From assembly GCA_052327205.1 (NCBI GenBank), contig CM126220.1, forward strand, positions 48,732,001-48,796,000: 64,000 nt of DNA. The letters are read 5' to 3'. Source of the stretch: Somniosus microcephalus (taxonomy: Eukaryota). A program made the position numbers and the translations under genes. This document shows, in pieces, positions 10,568 to 22,044 of the stretch; positions within the stretch are counted from its first letter, which is position 1; each line of letters opens with the position of its first letter. The notes under the pieces were generated by a model. The model was given only the letters and a program-made list of their open reading frames with translations. It did not search any database and had not been told where the DNA came from.

Positions 10568-11822
10568 ACATGTTACCTGAGGCTGGGGCTTCTGCCGACT
10601 CAACTCTGAAGCAGCCACCAGGTGAAACGCGAGAGTGATTTGGAGACATCTCCTCCTCCATGTTCCTTCCTAGGTGCCCGACTCCGCTCAGTGATGGTAT
10701 CAGGTAATCATGAGGCTCTAACCCTTTGCACGATCACACTCCCATCCTACAGAGCAAAGCTTTTGGTGCTAACACGTTTAGGATTATAACTGAAAATAGT
10801 AATCACTCATTAAAAAGTCCCAATGTATATTATCCCCACTCATCGCGAGCAACGCCGAGGGCGATTCACTAGCTATAACTAAAATCAACAGAAAGGAGTG
10901 ACTTCAAATGTGCATCTGATCGGAGATTTGCTCTGTCAGTTAATGGCATCCACTTCTCTTGTATGCAGCCTTGTGATAGCTGGCTGCTATTCTGCATGAC
11001 GATTTTACATCAACATCGGTTAAATGGAGCATACGAAAGTCAGGTGATTATATTGTAATCTGGCAGCGAATCCATGAATCCAACCCTTTAAATGTATCGT
11101 GTAATCTGAGCATCTGAACACAGCTGTTTACACAAGATAAAGCACACACCAAAAAAAAGACTGGTGGTGGCGATGTTAAAAGATTTGTTATCGGGCGCGG
11201 TGCACTCAGCTGTCACTTCATGGTATGCGAACCGTTCATTCTTTGGGCGGCTCCAAGACAGTCAAGTTGAGGAGTTTGCACTGAGGTGCCTGTAATCCCT
11301 TTTTACCGATCAGTTATCGACCAGATCTCCAGTGCTGGAGCTCCACCCAGTGGAATGTATGCGAGTGTTCACAGAGCGCCAGCATACCTCGACATGCACT
11401 GAGAATGCACCGCCAGTCTTTGCAATGACATCGACGCCCCCCGCCAAAAAAAAAGCAAGGTCTAATTTGGCGGGTTGTTTTTTTTTGCTCTTCCTTTGTG
11501 CAATCCTAGCGGCCCGGACGATGGTGCGCCGCCCCCCCCCCCCCCCCCCCGCAACCCGGGCAATGTTTGGTGGCTGAGCCGAGCCTGGAGGTGTGGGTAC
11601 TTTCAAGCCCGGAGGCAACAATGTGTGTGATTGACAGCGCCGCCTCCAAACTGCTGCTGGCCCATCGCGACGCTGCAATGTGACCCCCTCGCCTTTGTTT
11701 CGAGGTGTGGAGAGGGTCAGTGCGACTGGACACCCCGGCGTCAGGCTTCAAGTGAACCGACACCACCACACACACACAAAAAAAAGCCTTGGCCGCTCTG
11801 GCCGAAACAAACTAATTAACAC

Positions 11823-11841
11823 CTTCCTATAGATGGCGCCT
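11823..11841 (+). promoter_or_regulatory. CTCF motif candidate (weaker)
   Basis: CTTCCTATAGATGGCGCCT has the AGATGGCGC core; same orientation as the 13036 site. Confidence 0.45.
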
Positions 11842-13035
11842 TACGCTTGATCGGCCGCAGTAAATCTGCCGCCCGCTCTTGTTGGGCTGAGTGACAAGAG
11901 TGGGTGTGAGGTGGACACCACATCGACATTTATTCACCACGCGTGGGCCTCAAAATTGATGATTATCACTGTGTGTGTGCTCGATTAGTAGGTTCGATTT
12001 CAAACACTTAATAGAGCTTTGCCGCATCGCATATTATTTAGATTCACGCTTGAGTAGAATTGTAGTTCAATTATCTTGTTTGGCAATTACTTCCTGTCGA
12101 ATGGATTTTATTTTTGGAAAATTGGGTTCAAATATTCTCGCACGCTGACGTTGTATTTACACGTCGAGAATTTATGTGCTTTAGATATAAATAATGATCG
12201 ACAGTTGTATTTGGTTGGAGTTCTTTAGGTGACTGCCACCAGGCGACCTGCAAGTGCCTCCGTTCAGAACAAGCGGTTTGCATTCGATATCCGAACGGAA
12301 GGTTTCTCAGCAGATTAGAATAACTAAAGATTGTCTTTACACGCGTTTACTGTTATATATAAATATGTAACTGAACAGCAACAGTACAGTGTGACGGTAA
12401 TGGCCCAATATCCTGACAGCGTCTATCTCAGGCATTTCAATCAATACCTCTCATTAGTTAAAGAAAAAGGGTCTTTCGGGAAATTAAATGGTTTCAATTC
12501 GCAGCATACCTTCTCTGTAACGTTCAGGAACTGTATATCGAGCCATCAAGCCACACAGCACACTGCCATATTTATTTGAGCTTCTCCAGACCATGAAGTG
12601 AAGATTTTCAAATATATGTATTGAATGTATTCTAAAGAATAACGCGTCCTTCGGCAATCTTTTTTCAATGAAGGCCATCGTTTCCAACATTGACATATAT
12701 TTCCAATCGTACATGTTAGTTTATAGATCAGTAGTATAGACAATTATAGTTTCTGGGAATAGGCAAAAAGCGATGTTGTATATTTTATAATTGACTTTAC
12801 GAATAATTCCCCTTGCAAACATCTGGTCAAATAAAGGGTGCAGAAACAATGCAATGATTATGTCCCACGTCTGACCAACCTCCCCCCCACCTCCCCCCGC
12901 AAAAAAAACCCCGCTACCTAATGAAATGATTCTCAATTACACAAGCAGACAGGCAAATCTGTAATGAATTTTACGCAGACTGGCCAAGAAGTGACCTTTA
13001 CACTCTGCCCGGGTCACTGGGATTATTGGGTGTGC

Positions 13036-13054
13036 TCGCCCCTAGATGGCGCTC
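13036..13054 (+). promoter_or_regulatory. CTCF motif candidate
   Basis: TCGCCCCTAGATGGCGCTC resembles the consensus TGGCCACCAGGGGGCGCTA. Confidence 0.6.
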
Positions 13055-13704
13055 AGTCACCAGGGAAAGCTTCCCGAGCACTCGCCGCTGCGGCGGACCT
13101 GCTGCTCCTGAAATCACAGATCAGATCAGCGGAGGCGCCAGGTGAGCGATACGCTATGATAATCCAAGTATATTGCACATTGTTTACCCTGATCCACGAG
13201 CGCTGCACTGGTTATTTATTAACCTCACCGTAAACAGGTCAGCCGACTTTCTTTCCACTTCACATTCTGCTTAAGAGTTTTTTTTAAATTATTATTAAAT
13301 AGCCCTGGCCACTTCAGAAATTTTCGTGGGCTGCCGTTTTGAAAGGAGGGTGATTTCTAAATGGGTTTCGTTAACCTGTTTCCTTAAACAGTCACAGGTT
13401 GCTATCGTTAATTGGTTTTCAAATGAAACCAATTGCGGCGTGGATTGCATATCATCATAAATAAGAAAACAGTCAACGCATAATACAGGCCAACTGCCCT
13501 TTGGCTTTACGGATTTCCCTTCTCTCCATGAAACTGACATGACATATGTTTGCATTTCCTTATATGACCACAACATTTTGATTGGTCCCTTCTTCCTTTT
13601 AAGTCAAACACAAACAACTTTGGATTTCCAGAAACATGGTATTGAGAATGTTGTGAAAGCCTTATGCTTCTGTTAGGCCAGAAATAAAATGCAGATTTGT
13701 TTTT

Positions 13705-14078
13705 GGGCAGCACGGTGGCATAGTGGTTAGCACTGTTGCCTCACAGCGCCAGGGACCCGGGTTCAAATCTGGCCTCGGGCGACTGTGTGGAGTTTGCACA
13801 TTCTCCCCGTGTTTGCGTGGGTTTGCTCCGGGTGCTCCAGTTTCCTCCCACAGTCCAAAGATGTGCGGGGTAGGTTGATTGGCTATGATTAAAAAAAAAT
13901 TGGCCCTTAGTGTTAGGGGGGATTAAATACGTGGGGTTACGGGGATAGGGCTTGGGTGGGATGGCTGTCGGTGTAGGGACCAGGTGCTAGGGTTTGTATG
14001 ATCAGCCATGACCTCGTTGAATGGCGGAGCAGGCTCGAAGGGCCGAATGGCCTGCTCCTAGTTTCTATGTTTTCCTAT
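13705..14078 (+). mobile_element. HE1-type V-SINE (tRNA head, V domain, CR1/HER1-derived tail)
   Basis: A box GGTGGCATAGTGG, B box GGTTCAAATC, V domain TGTGGAGTTTGCACATTCTCCCCGTGTTTGCGTGGGTTT...TTTCCTCCCACAGTCCAAAGA, tail shared with the CR1 3' ends in this window. Confidence 0.9.
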
Positions 14079-14444
14079 TTGACTTCCTATGGCTGTGTGA
14101 CAGGAGATTGAAAATGAACCCTCCGAGTACAGTAAGAGGTATTATGATCTGTTACTAATTCTGACCTCAAACCTAAAGTGCGAATTTTCATGACACGAAG
14201 CAATGGGGCCGCATGATTATTCTTGATAAACAGTGTTGCAGTTTACCTTTAAAAAAATACAGTATTCTCAGAAATAGAAATATCGCTTTAGTTTGCCCAA
14301 GGGTATTTCAGTGGGACAATCTGTTGGAGGTGGAGTGAATAGTCACTGCAAAAGAGGATGGAAATACAGTGACAACATGATGATCTTAAGGAGGCCTTGT
14401 AACGGTATCAAGTGAGCCTCGATTTTACTATTTACAGTAAATCA

Positions 14445-14696
14445 CTGATAGAGTGGAGAGGGAGGGCATTTAACACAGTGGGGAATGAGCTTATGTAACA
14501 CAGTGGGGAAGATATGTAACACAGTGGGATGGCATGTAACTCCGTGTAGAGAGGGAGGGTACATAACACAGTTCGAAGGGAGGCTATGTAACCCAGTGTG
14601 GGGGAGGGTATGTAACACGTTGCAGTGAGAGAGTATGTAACACAGTGTGGAGAGAGGCTATGTAACACAGTAGAGAGGGGGTGTAACACAGTGGGG
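14445..14696 (+). repeat. Degenerate part of the 25-bp minisatellite
   Basis: Repeated TGTAACACAGTGGGGA-like cores with variable spacing. Confidence 0.8.
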
Positions 14697-15152
14697 AAAG
14701 AAAAAAGACTTGCATTTATATAGCGCCTTTCATGACCACCGGACGTCCCAAAGCATTTTACAGCCAATAAAGTAGTCACTGTTGTAATAAAGGAAACGTG
14801 GCAGCCAATTTGCACACAGCATTTTTCCACAAACAGCAATGTGATGATGACCAAATAATCTGTTTTAGTGATGTTGATTGAGGGATAAATATTGGGTCAG
14901 GACACCGGGGATTAATTCCCCTGCTCTTCTTTGAAATAGTGCCATGGGATCTTTTACGTCCACCTGAGAGAGCAGACAGGGCCTCGGTTTAATGTCTCAT
15001 CCAAAAGATGGCACCTCCGACAGTGCAGCACTCCCTCAGCACTGCACTGGAGAGTCAGTCCAGATTATTCCGCTCAAATCCCTGGAGTGGGACTTGAACC
15101 CACAACCTTCTGACTCAGAGGTGAGAGTGCTACCCACTGAGCCACAACTGAC
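14697..15152 (-). mobile_element. Full-length SacSINE1-like DeuSINE
   Basis: tRNA head GTCAGTTGTGGCTCAGTGGGTAGC...GGTTCAAGTCCC, Deu-domain-like GGATGAGACATTAAACCGAGGCCC, L2-like tail AAAGGCGCTATATAAATGCAAGTCTTT. Confidence 0.85.
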
Positions 15153-15162
15153 AAAGTGAGGC

Positions 15163-16242
15163 TATGTAACACAGTGGGGAAGGTGTGTAAGACAGTGGGG
15201 AGGGTGGCTATGTAACACAGTGGGGAGGGAGGTGATGTAACACAGTGGGGAGGGAGGTGATGTAACACAGTGGGGAGGGAGGCGATGTAACACAGTGGGG
15301 TGGGAGGTGATGTAACACTGTGGGGAGGGAGGTGATGTAACACAGCGGGGAGGGAGGTGATTTAACACAGCGGGGAGGGAGGTGATGTAACACAGTGGGG
15401 AGGGAGGTGATTTAACACAGCGGGGAGGGAGGTGATGTAACACAGTGGGGAGGGAGGCGATGTAACACAGTGGGGAGGGAGGTGATGTAACACAGTTGGG
15501 AGGGAGCCGATGTAACACAGTGGGGAGGGAGGCTATGTAACACAGTGGGGAGGGAGGCTATGTAACACAGCGGGGAGGGAGGCGATGTAACACAGCGGGG
15601 AGGGAGGTGATGTAACACAGTGGGGAGGGAGGCGATATAACACAGTGGGGAGGGAGGTGATGTAACACAGTTGGGAGGGAGGTGATGTAACACAGTGGGG
15701 AGGGAGGCGATATAACACAGTGGGGAGGGAGGTGATGTAACACAGTGGGGAGGGAGGCTATGTAACACAGTGGGGAGGGAGGTGATGTAACACAGCGGGG
15801 AGGGAGGTGATGTAACACAGTGGGGAGGGAGGCGATATAACACAGTGGGGAGGGAGGCGATATAACACAGTGGGGAGGGAGGCGATATAACACAGCGGGG
15901 AGGGTGATGTAACACAGTTGGGAGGGAGCCGATGTAACACAGTGGGGAGGGAGGCTATGTAACACAGTGGGGAGGGAGGTGATGTAACACAGTGGGGAGG
16001 GAGACGATGTAACACAGTGGGGAGGGAGGCGATGTAACACAGTGGGGAGGGAGGTGATGTAACACAGTGGGGAGGGAGGTGATGTAACACAGTGGGGAGG
16101 GAGGCGATGTAACACAGTGGGGAGGGAGGCGATATAACACAGTGGGGAGGGAGGTGATGTAACACAGTGGGGAGGGAGGCGATATAACACAGTGGGGAGG
16201 GAGGCGATATAACACAGTGGGGAGGGAGACGATGTAACACAG
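15163..16242 (+). repeat. 25-bp minisatellite, about 42 units, TGTAACACAGTGGGGAGGGAGGTGA
   Basis: Direct reading; interspersed unit variants (GGTGA/GGCGA/GGCTA, TGTAA/TATAA/TTTAA, CAGTG/CAGCG). Confidence 0.97.
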
Positions 16243-16468
16243 CCGAGAGAAGGTATGCAACAAAGGCATCGCCTTCTATGGTGAGAATACCCTGCACCTT
16301 GGTGAAATTACTCGTGAGAAATTTCAAACCGAAAAAATATTGGCGAACATTAAAAGGGCATAATTGTCAAAAAAACACAATGACCTCGCCAAACTCATCT
16401 TCTGCCTACTCTGTGCAACAGACTGGAAATTTGATCGGAATAACTGGGACAAGAAACTTGGATAAAAA

Positions 16469-16567
16469 TTTATTGAAACTTTTTGAGAACTTCAAAGCGA
16501 AACAAAATAGTACAAGAAAACCAAGAACTTTCAACATTTTATAACACAAAATATACCTTCATTTATT
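16469..16567 (-). terminator. Candidate TBX3 polyadenylation signals (AATAAA at 16562-16567 and 16469-16474)
   Basis: Two minus-strand AATAAA hexamers, each followed by a GT/T-rich tract, 670-770 nt after the stop codon. Confidence 0.55.
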
Positions 16568-17236
16568 TTTTTTAACTCTCGGCACTTTCAAGCTGTAAGC
16601 ATAAAATTTCCATTCATTTTGACACATCAAAAAAAAAACCGAAAGCGTCTTCATTACTTTTCAAGCAACTGGTGAGCTCTTTTTTTTGTTACTCTAAACT
16701 GTAAAGACAGTAGCACTTTAACACTGAAACAATGGTAAAAGCTAAAAAATGGCACGTCTTGTACTCAGGTCTACAAAGGTTTTATTTGAATGTAGCAAGG
16801 TAACACATTGCTAGGTAAAATAGTGGTAACAATGCCGGCACTCTGGTTAATAAGGAGTTGTGTTGAAATGCGTATGACTAACGAACAAAGGCTTGGAGCC
16901 TTATATACAGAGGTATGTACAACAACAATAAATTAAAGTATAATTTCGAGTATTCTAATTTCAGTATATTTACACGTTATCAAATAATTACATAAATACT
17001 TTATAATAGTCTCCGTTTCTTTCTGTTATTGCATATATATGAAAAGCAGATTTGACATCTACAACCCAAACTACCAATGGTGCCCAGAAACCCCCATCTT
17101 CCACTTTTCGGCTACTTTTCATTGCTAAGTTGGGAAACTCGATATTATCAAGGCTCTACACTAGCATTTAAAAAAGAAACCAGACTAAACGTGTGTGACA
17201 TGCAAAGCCACCTGGCTTTCAGATGCCACCATCCTA

Positions 17237-17692
17237 TCACGGGGAACCGCTCCTGCTTGACCGATCTTGTTTGGTTTCTAGTCCACTGACCAGGCGCTGG
17301 ATGTTCTGGAGCTCGTTGGGCGTTTCTTTCTCTGAACACTGTTTGGGCGACAGGGAGATCGATCCCGAGGATAGAGTCGAGGACCTGCTGTTCACCTCAG
17401 AGTCCAGGCCTGCCGACACAGGACTGGCTGCCATGCTGTTCACCTTGGCCTCGCCTGGGGCGGACATGGACGGCACGGCGGTGGTCAGCAAGCTGCTACT
17501 GTCCATTCCGGGCACGGGGAACGTGTAAGGGCTATACCTCAAGCGAGGCCGGACTGCGCTGAGGAACGGATGGCGATGTATAGAGGAGGCGACAGATGAT
17601 GGTACTCCACTGGGCATGGAGGCCGCGGCAGCAGCGGCCATGTACGTGTAAGGATAGGGGAAAAGGCTACCAAAAGGTGACATCGCAAGACC
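17237..17692 (-). CDS. TBX3: TBX3 coding exon 7 (456 nt including stop)
   Basis: [25 protein letters not shown]...RPRLRYSPY...[25 protein letters not shown]; typical TBX3 C-terminal repression region; spliced CDS totals 2169 nt, 722 aa. Confidence 0.96.
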   Translation of the reverse strand, partial: GLAMSPFGSLFPYPYTYMAAAAAASMPSGVPSSVASSIHRHPFLSAVRPRLRYSPYTFPVPGMDSSSLLTTAVPSMSAPGEAKVNSMAASPVSAGLDSEVNSRSSTLSSGSISLSPKQCSEKETPNELQNIQRLVSGLETKQDRSSRSGSP

Positions 17693-18461
17693 CTGTCAAT
17701 GTAACAAGAAAAGTTAGTTTATATTTTAACAACTAATGCTAAGTACCGATAGCAATGAATGGATCACACTGGATTCCCGCGCTTACCAATAAATGAATGT
17801 TACAGACAAGACACTGAAATAATATCTATTTCATGCAGTAGCTTGTGCAGCTTTACCAACATGAAACAAAAATTAAAGAATGAGACCCCAGGCACTGTAC
17901 AGCACTTAAAACTTCTATAAATGCACACGCTTATAGGTTGTTTCTAGCAACAAAAAAAGGACTGTCTGTAATTATATGTAAATATCTTCATTATTCTCCT
18001 ACACCGAACCACAGAGGTCGCTCAAAAAGACAGCCAGAAAAAAATATGAAATGTGACATAGAATGAAAGACATATGGGTGTGATTCCCCCCAGCTAGTTG
18101 GATTACTTTATCTTAATTAATCTATATTTTGCATTGTAAGTGAAAGTATTATTTTTCTTTTAAGGTAATATATCCTGTATCAATTTATCTGTCGTTTAAA
18201 ATCATTCTCATGGTATCTTTAGAAACGAAAGTCACAGATTTTATGTGTTCTTGTTTATACAAAAATCTCTCAATATTTTACAGGTTATTCCACAAGGCTG
18301 CCAATTGAATTTTGCTCTCCGATAGCAGTGTGCCTGGTTTCCAACATAAAAAGACTGACAAAAAGCAAGACCTGCATTTAAAATACATTTGTCATACACC
18401 TATCAAAAGATGTAACTTTATAGCTAAAGGATCAATTAAGACGAGGAGGTTGGGGCTTTAC

Positions 18462-19126
18462 CTGAGAGGCCAGGACATGTTGTTGGAGGTGAAACGGTAG
18501 ACCTGCCGATGATCCACTTGGTAGTCCCTGCTGTGACGAAACAAGGGCGTCCAGGCCGCCGATCCCGCCTGCGGAGGCCGACATGGAGGCCAGCAGGTGA
18601 CCCATACCTGCTGCCATATTTGGGAAGGCCCCACCCATCGCAAACTGGCTTGGGTGCAAGAGGAGGGGATGTCCTGCGCCCAGCGGGGTAAAGAAGTGCT
18701 GGCCAGATAAGTTATGAGAAAAGGCGAGGTTCTGTAAATGTCCGTGGTTCAGGTGTGAGATACCATCCGTCTGGACTGTTAGGGGCGAATAGGGCTCCTT
18801 GTTTAAAACACTACACTCATCCGCTTTCTGGTGATGGTCTCGAACTGGACTTTTGATCTCGGGGCCCTCGCCATTAACGGCTCTAGTGCTTGAGGAAGTG
18901 TTTGTCGGGCTCTGCTGCGAATCCGTCAAGCTCTTGTCAGTTCTCGAGCTTTCATGTTCCCTAATTCTGCTCACAGAGTCCGATGGGCGCGGATGAGATT
19001 TCGTGGAATTGCGCTCCTCCTTTCGCTCCTCGGTGGTTGCGGAGAATTTTCCTGAGCCATTCCCTTCCTGAATGGGGTCATCTTTACTGTCTATGTCGCT
19101 TTCTTCTTCGTCACTTTGCAGAGCAC
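18462..19126 (-). CDS. TBX3: TBX3 coding exon 6 (665 nt)
   Basis: GALQSDEEESD...YSPLTVQTD...HPLLLHPSQFAMGGAFPNMAAGMGHLLAS...LPFHLQQHVLASQ; acceptor TTTTCCAG, donor CAG|GTAAAG. Confidence 0.95.
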
Positions 19127-19666
19127 CTGGAAAACAGAAAATAAAAAAAGTAGAAGGACCAGCTAAAATATAGTGGCATTTTCCCAAACGACACGGTCAG
19201 TAACATTGCGCGCTCACTCCTGATATAAATCCGAATGCAAAGCCACAACACTGTTGAGTGCACAGGCAGTGGCAATTCAGGTGCGACGAATCCAAATTCT
19301 GTCTTTTTAGGGTTTTATTTCTGCACTTTTAAAAAAAAATCATGAAAAACTGCTGTTTTATTAAATACAATTTCACTGAATACGGAGATTAATAATTCTA
19401 AGTCTGTTTAAAACAATGAAACCCTACAAAATTCCAGTAGGCGGAGAAGGCTGGCAATAGATTTTCACGATCTAATTCTATTCTAGGAGATTTATTTGTA
19501 AGTAAAAGCGCTTGCTGCATCTTGTCCGGGGTTACTTCGGTTGTGAAGTGATAAGGATCTTCAACACAAACATACACCCAATTAATGTGCGAGAAAAACA
19601 CAAACTTAGTCGCGCCTTATAAAAAAAGAACAAACAAGCCCCTTGTGTAGGCAACAAAATAATAAC

Positions 19667-19830
19667 CTTTTAAGTTCGCAGTCCCTGGAGTGGAAACAGC
19701 GGGGGACGCGGACTGGCCGAAGCATTTGAAAGCGGGCTGCTCGCTGGATGAATCGTCCGATGTCCCATTTTCTTTCGAACCCTTCTGCTGTTCTTCGTAG
19801 ACTCGGAGCGATTGAATTGCCAACTGCTTT
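19667..19830 (-). CDS. TBX3: TBX3 coding exon 5 (164 nt)
   Basis: [54 protein letters not shown]; acceptor GGAACAG after a pyrimidine tract, donor G|GTTATT; phases consistent. Confidence 0.92.
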
Positions 19831-20244
19831 CTGTTCCAAGAAAAAAAGGGGGACAATGCCTTAAGATATTCGTTATCAAATAGGTGCCCATGTCGTTTCA
19901 GTTTCATTTCACCCGAGAAATCGAACACATTCTATTGGTGTTGGCTCATGAGGTGGTGTCTTGTGCAGCAATACTCTGTGGGAATGTCTTACGGCTAGAG
20001 AACGCCTTCGCATTTTCTAAAAATAAAACAGCGAAAAACACCAAGTGCAAAAACGTCAAACATAAGATGAAAGACACAAGTCTGTAGCAAAATGTAACAA
20101 GCACACGACAAGAAGCCCTCATTTTCTCTTTCTGGGTTACTGAGACGGTGACAGTTCTGTATCAGATTGTGGTTAAAATCATGAATATAACGAGGCCCAA
20201 CAGTCCACCGATTGACAAATAGACCAGAATTGAATCAATCTCAC

Positions 20245-20321
20245 CTTTTCTCTCTTCTCCCATTCCCCGTGTCACGAAAGCCTTTGGCAAATGGATTGTT
20301 GTCGATTTTTAACTGGGTTAT
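20245..20321 (-). CDS. TBX3: TBX3 coding exon 4 (77 nt, end of T-box and start of NLS)
   Basis: ITQLKIDNNPFAKGFRDTGNGRREK(R); acceptor CATCTAG, donor GTGAGA. Confidence 0.96.
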
Positions 20322-21873
20322 CTAGATGTAAAAATAACAGGTTTGATACTTTCCCGTAATACAATACAGCATCAACTACCGCCTTCATTAAAAATGCGCA
20401 GGCTCTTAAGAATGCTGCTGGAAGTTACAGGTGGAATGCAGAGACTAGACAGCAGCATTACTTTACCATTACATTATTGTTTCGGATTATTATTTAAAAG
20501 TAAATAAATGTAGAATTATGTTAAAGCCGCCACCGCATTATATACAGTCAATGGTAACGTTGTACCAATATTTTAATGGTACAGCCCATTGTATGTCTCC
20601 ACCTGGTCTGTGGCTCTAACATTTCCTGCATTTTAATTCTGCACTGGTCCCATTAAAGGCTGGGCCAACACTGAACACAGCCATGCTGTAAGATTATATC
20701 AGTGCGGAAACTATGGTCCTGAATTCAGTTTTAAGGCATTTAACGCGGTGTCTTTATTTTATTAAATGTGAAAATACAAGGAGCAAATCACATATCTGCC
20801 CTAAAGTAAAGCATGCTCGATTCATGATAAACCGCGTGTGAGCTAGCACAAGACAAGTAGGTACTTTATCAGTGAGATAGGGTGAAGCTAGTCTAGCGTC
20901 ACCATCGTAACTTGCCCTCTGTTGACAACAAGTCAACAGTAACTTTATTGTCACTTATCATCTTCATTTCAATAGGGTAGAGAATCTAACGAGATTGAAA
21001 TCATTGTCCTTTTAATAATGAACTGAAGATAATAACCCAGCAGTACACGAAACACAAATCCAGAAAAAAAATCAAGTCATGGACTCTGTTAAAGTTGCCT
21101 CATTTATCAAGTTAACACCCTTTTCGTTATCAGCTTTTATTCCCTCTGATTTGAAACTCCCCACAATCAACAGTGCGGCGATCAAGTATTATCAAGTCAC
21201 TACACACAGTGTACTTCACTGTAATTCTTATTAATAACGTTAGCTGACTAGCTAGAAGTGTGATGAGATGTTAAATACCAACAGAAGAGTTCCAAGTTCC
21301 TTAAAAACGATTTGGGTGAACTCATTAACATTAATTGTTCATCATCGCAGGCTTGATACCTGTACTGAGGACACTACAAATCTCTTTGACCTAAATTTCT
21401 ATCAGATTCATCCAAGAACATGCACTGCCTATAAACAGTGCGAAAAGTCTCATTTGTTTTTCAATGACTGTAATTTAATAACAGTTTAGAAATCTATTAA
21501 ATCCTATTACCTCGCAGTGCAAAATTGATCTGAACGCACGGCCCAGACAAACATATGCATATACAGGAGAGCGTTGTGTCTGCTTCCACACAACTCAAAC
21601 CATGCTAACACCGATATCACAAAACAAAGCATAAAATCTCAATCAGCCCCAGTCTGCGCAGAATATTCAACAAGCATTCTTGTGCATTTAATGAAACTCC
21701 GGTATCTAACATTGAAAATCGTATTGACCAGAATAAACAATTGGGATACAGACAAGAAAACAAAGTTTCACTAAGGCGTCGCGCTTTTATCTTTTTGGTA
21801 CAATAGCTACAACGTCTCACAAGGCAAATCGACATTCTATATAACAAGCAACACTGCCTTTCTGCACAAATTA

Positions 21874-22044
<171 letters not shown>

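Noticed and set aside
10612-12252. Additional CTCF-like words GCCACCAGGTGAA and GCCACCAGGCGAC
   Set aside because: They lack the GGC core in the right half of the motif
13705-13780. tRNA genes (also 15080-15152)
   Set aside because: These are tRNA-derived SINE heads followed by SINE bodies and LINE-derived tails
15163-16242. CRISPR-like array
   Set aside because: Tandem units with no unique spacers, eukaryotic context, no cas genes
15074-16327. Long Pro/His/Cys-rich ORFs on the minus strand
   Set aside because: They are translations of the 25-bp minisatellite in several frames
16580-16722. miR-17-family sites (GCACTTT twice) in the 3'UTR
   Set aside because: They are on the plus strand, antisense to the TBX3 mRNA
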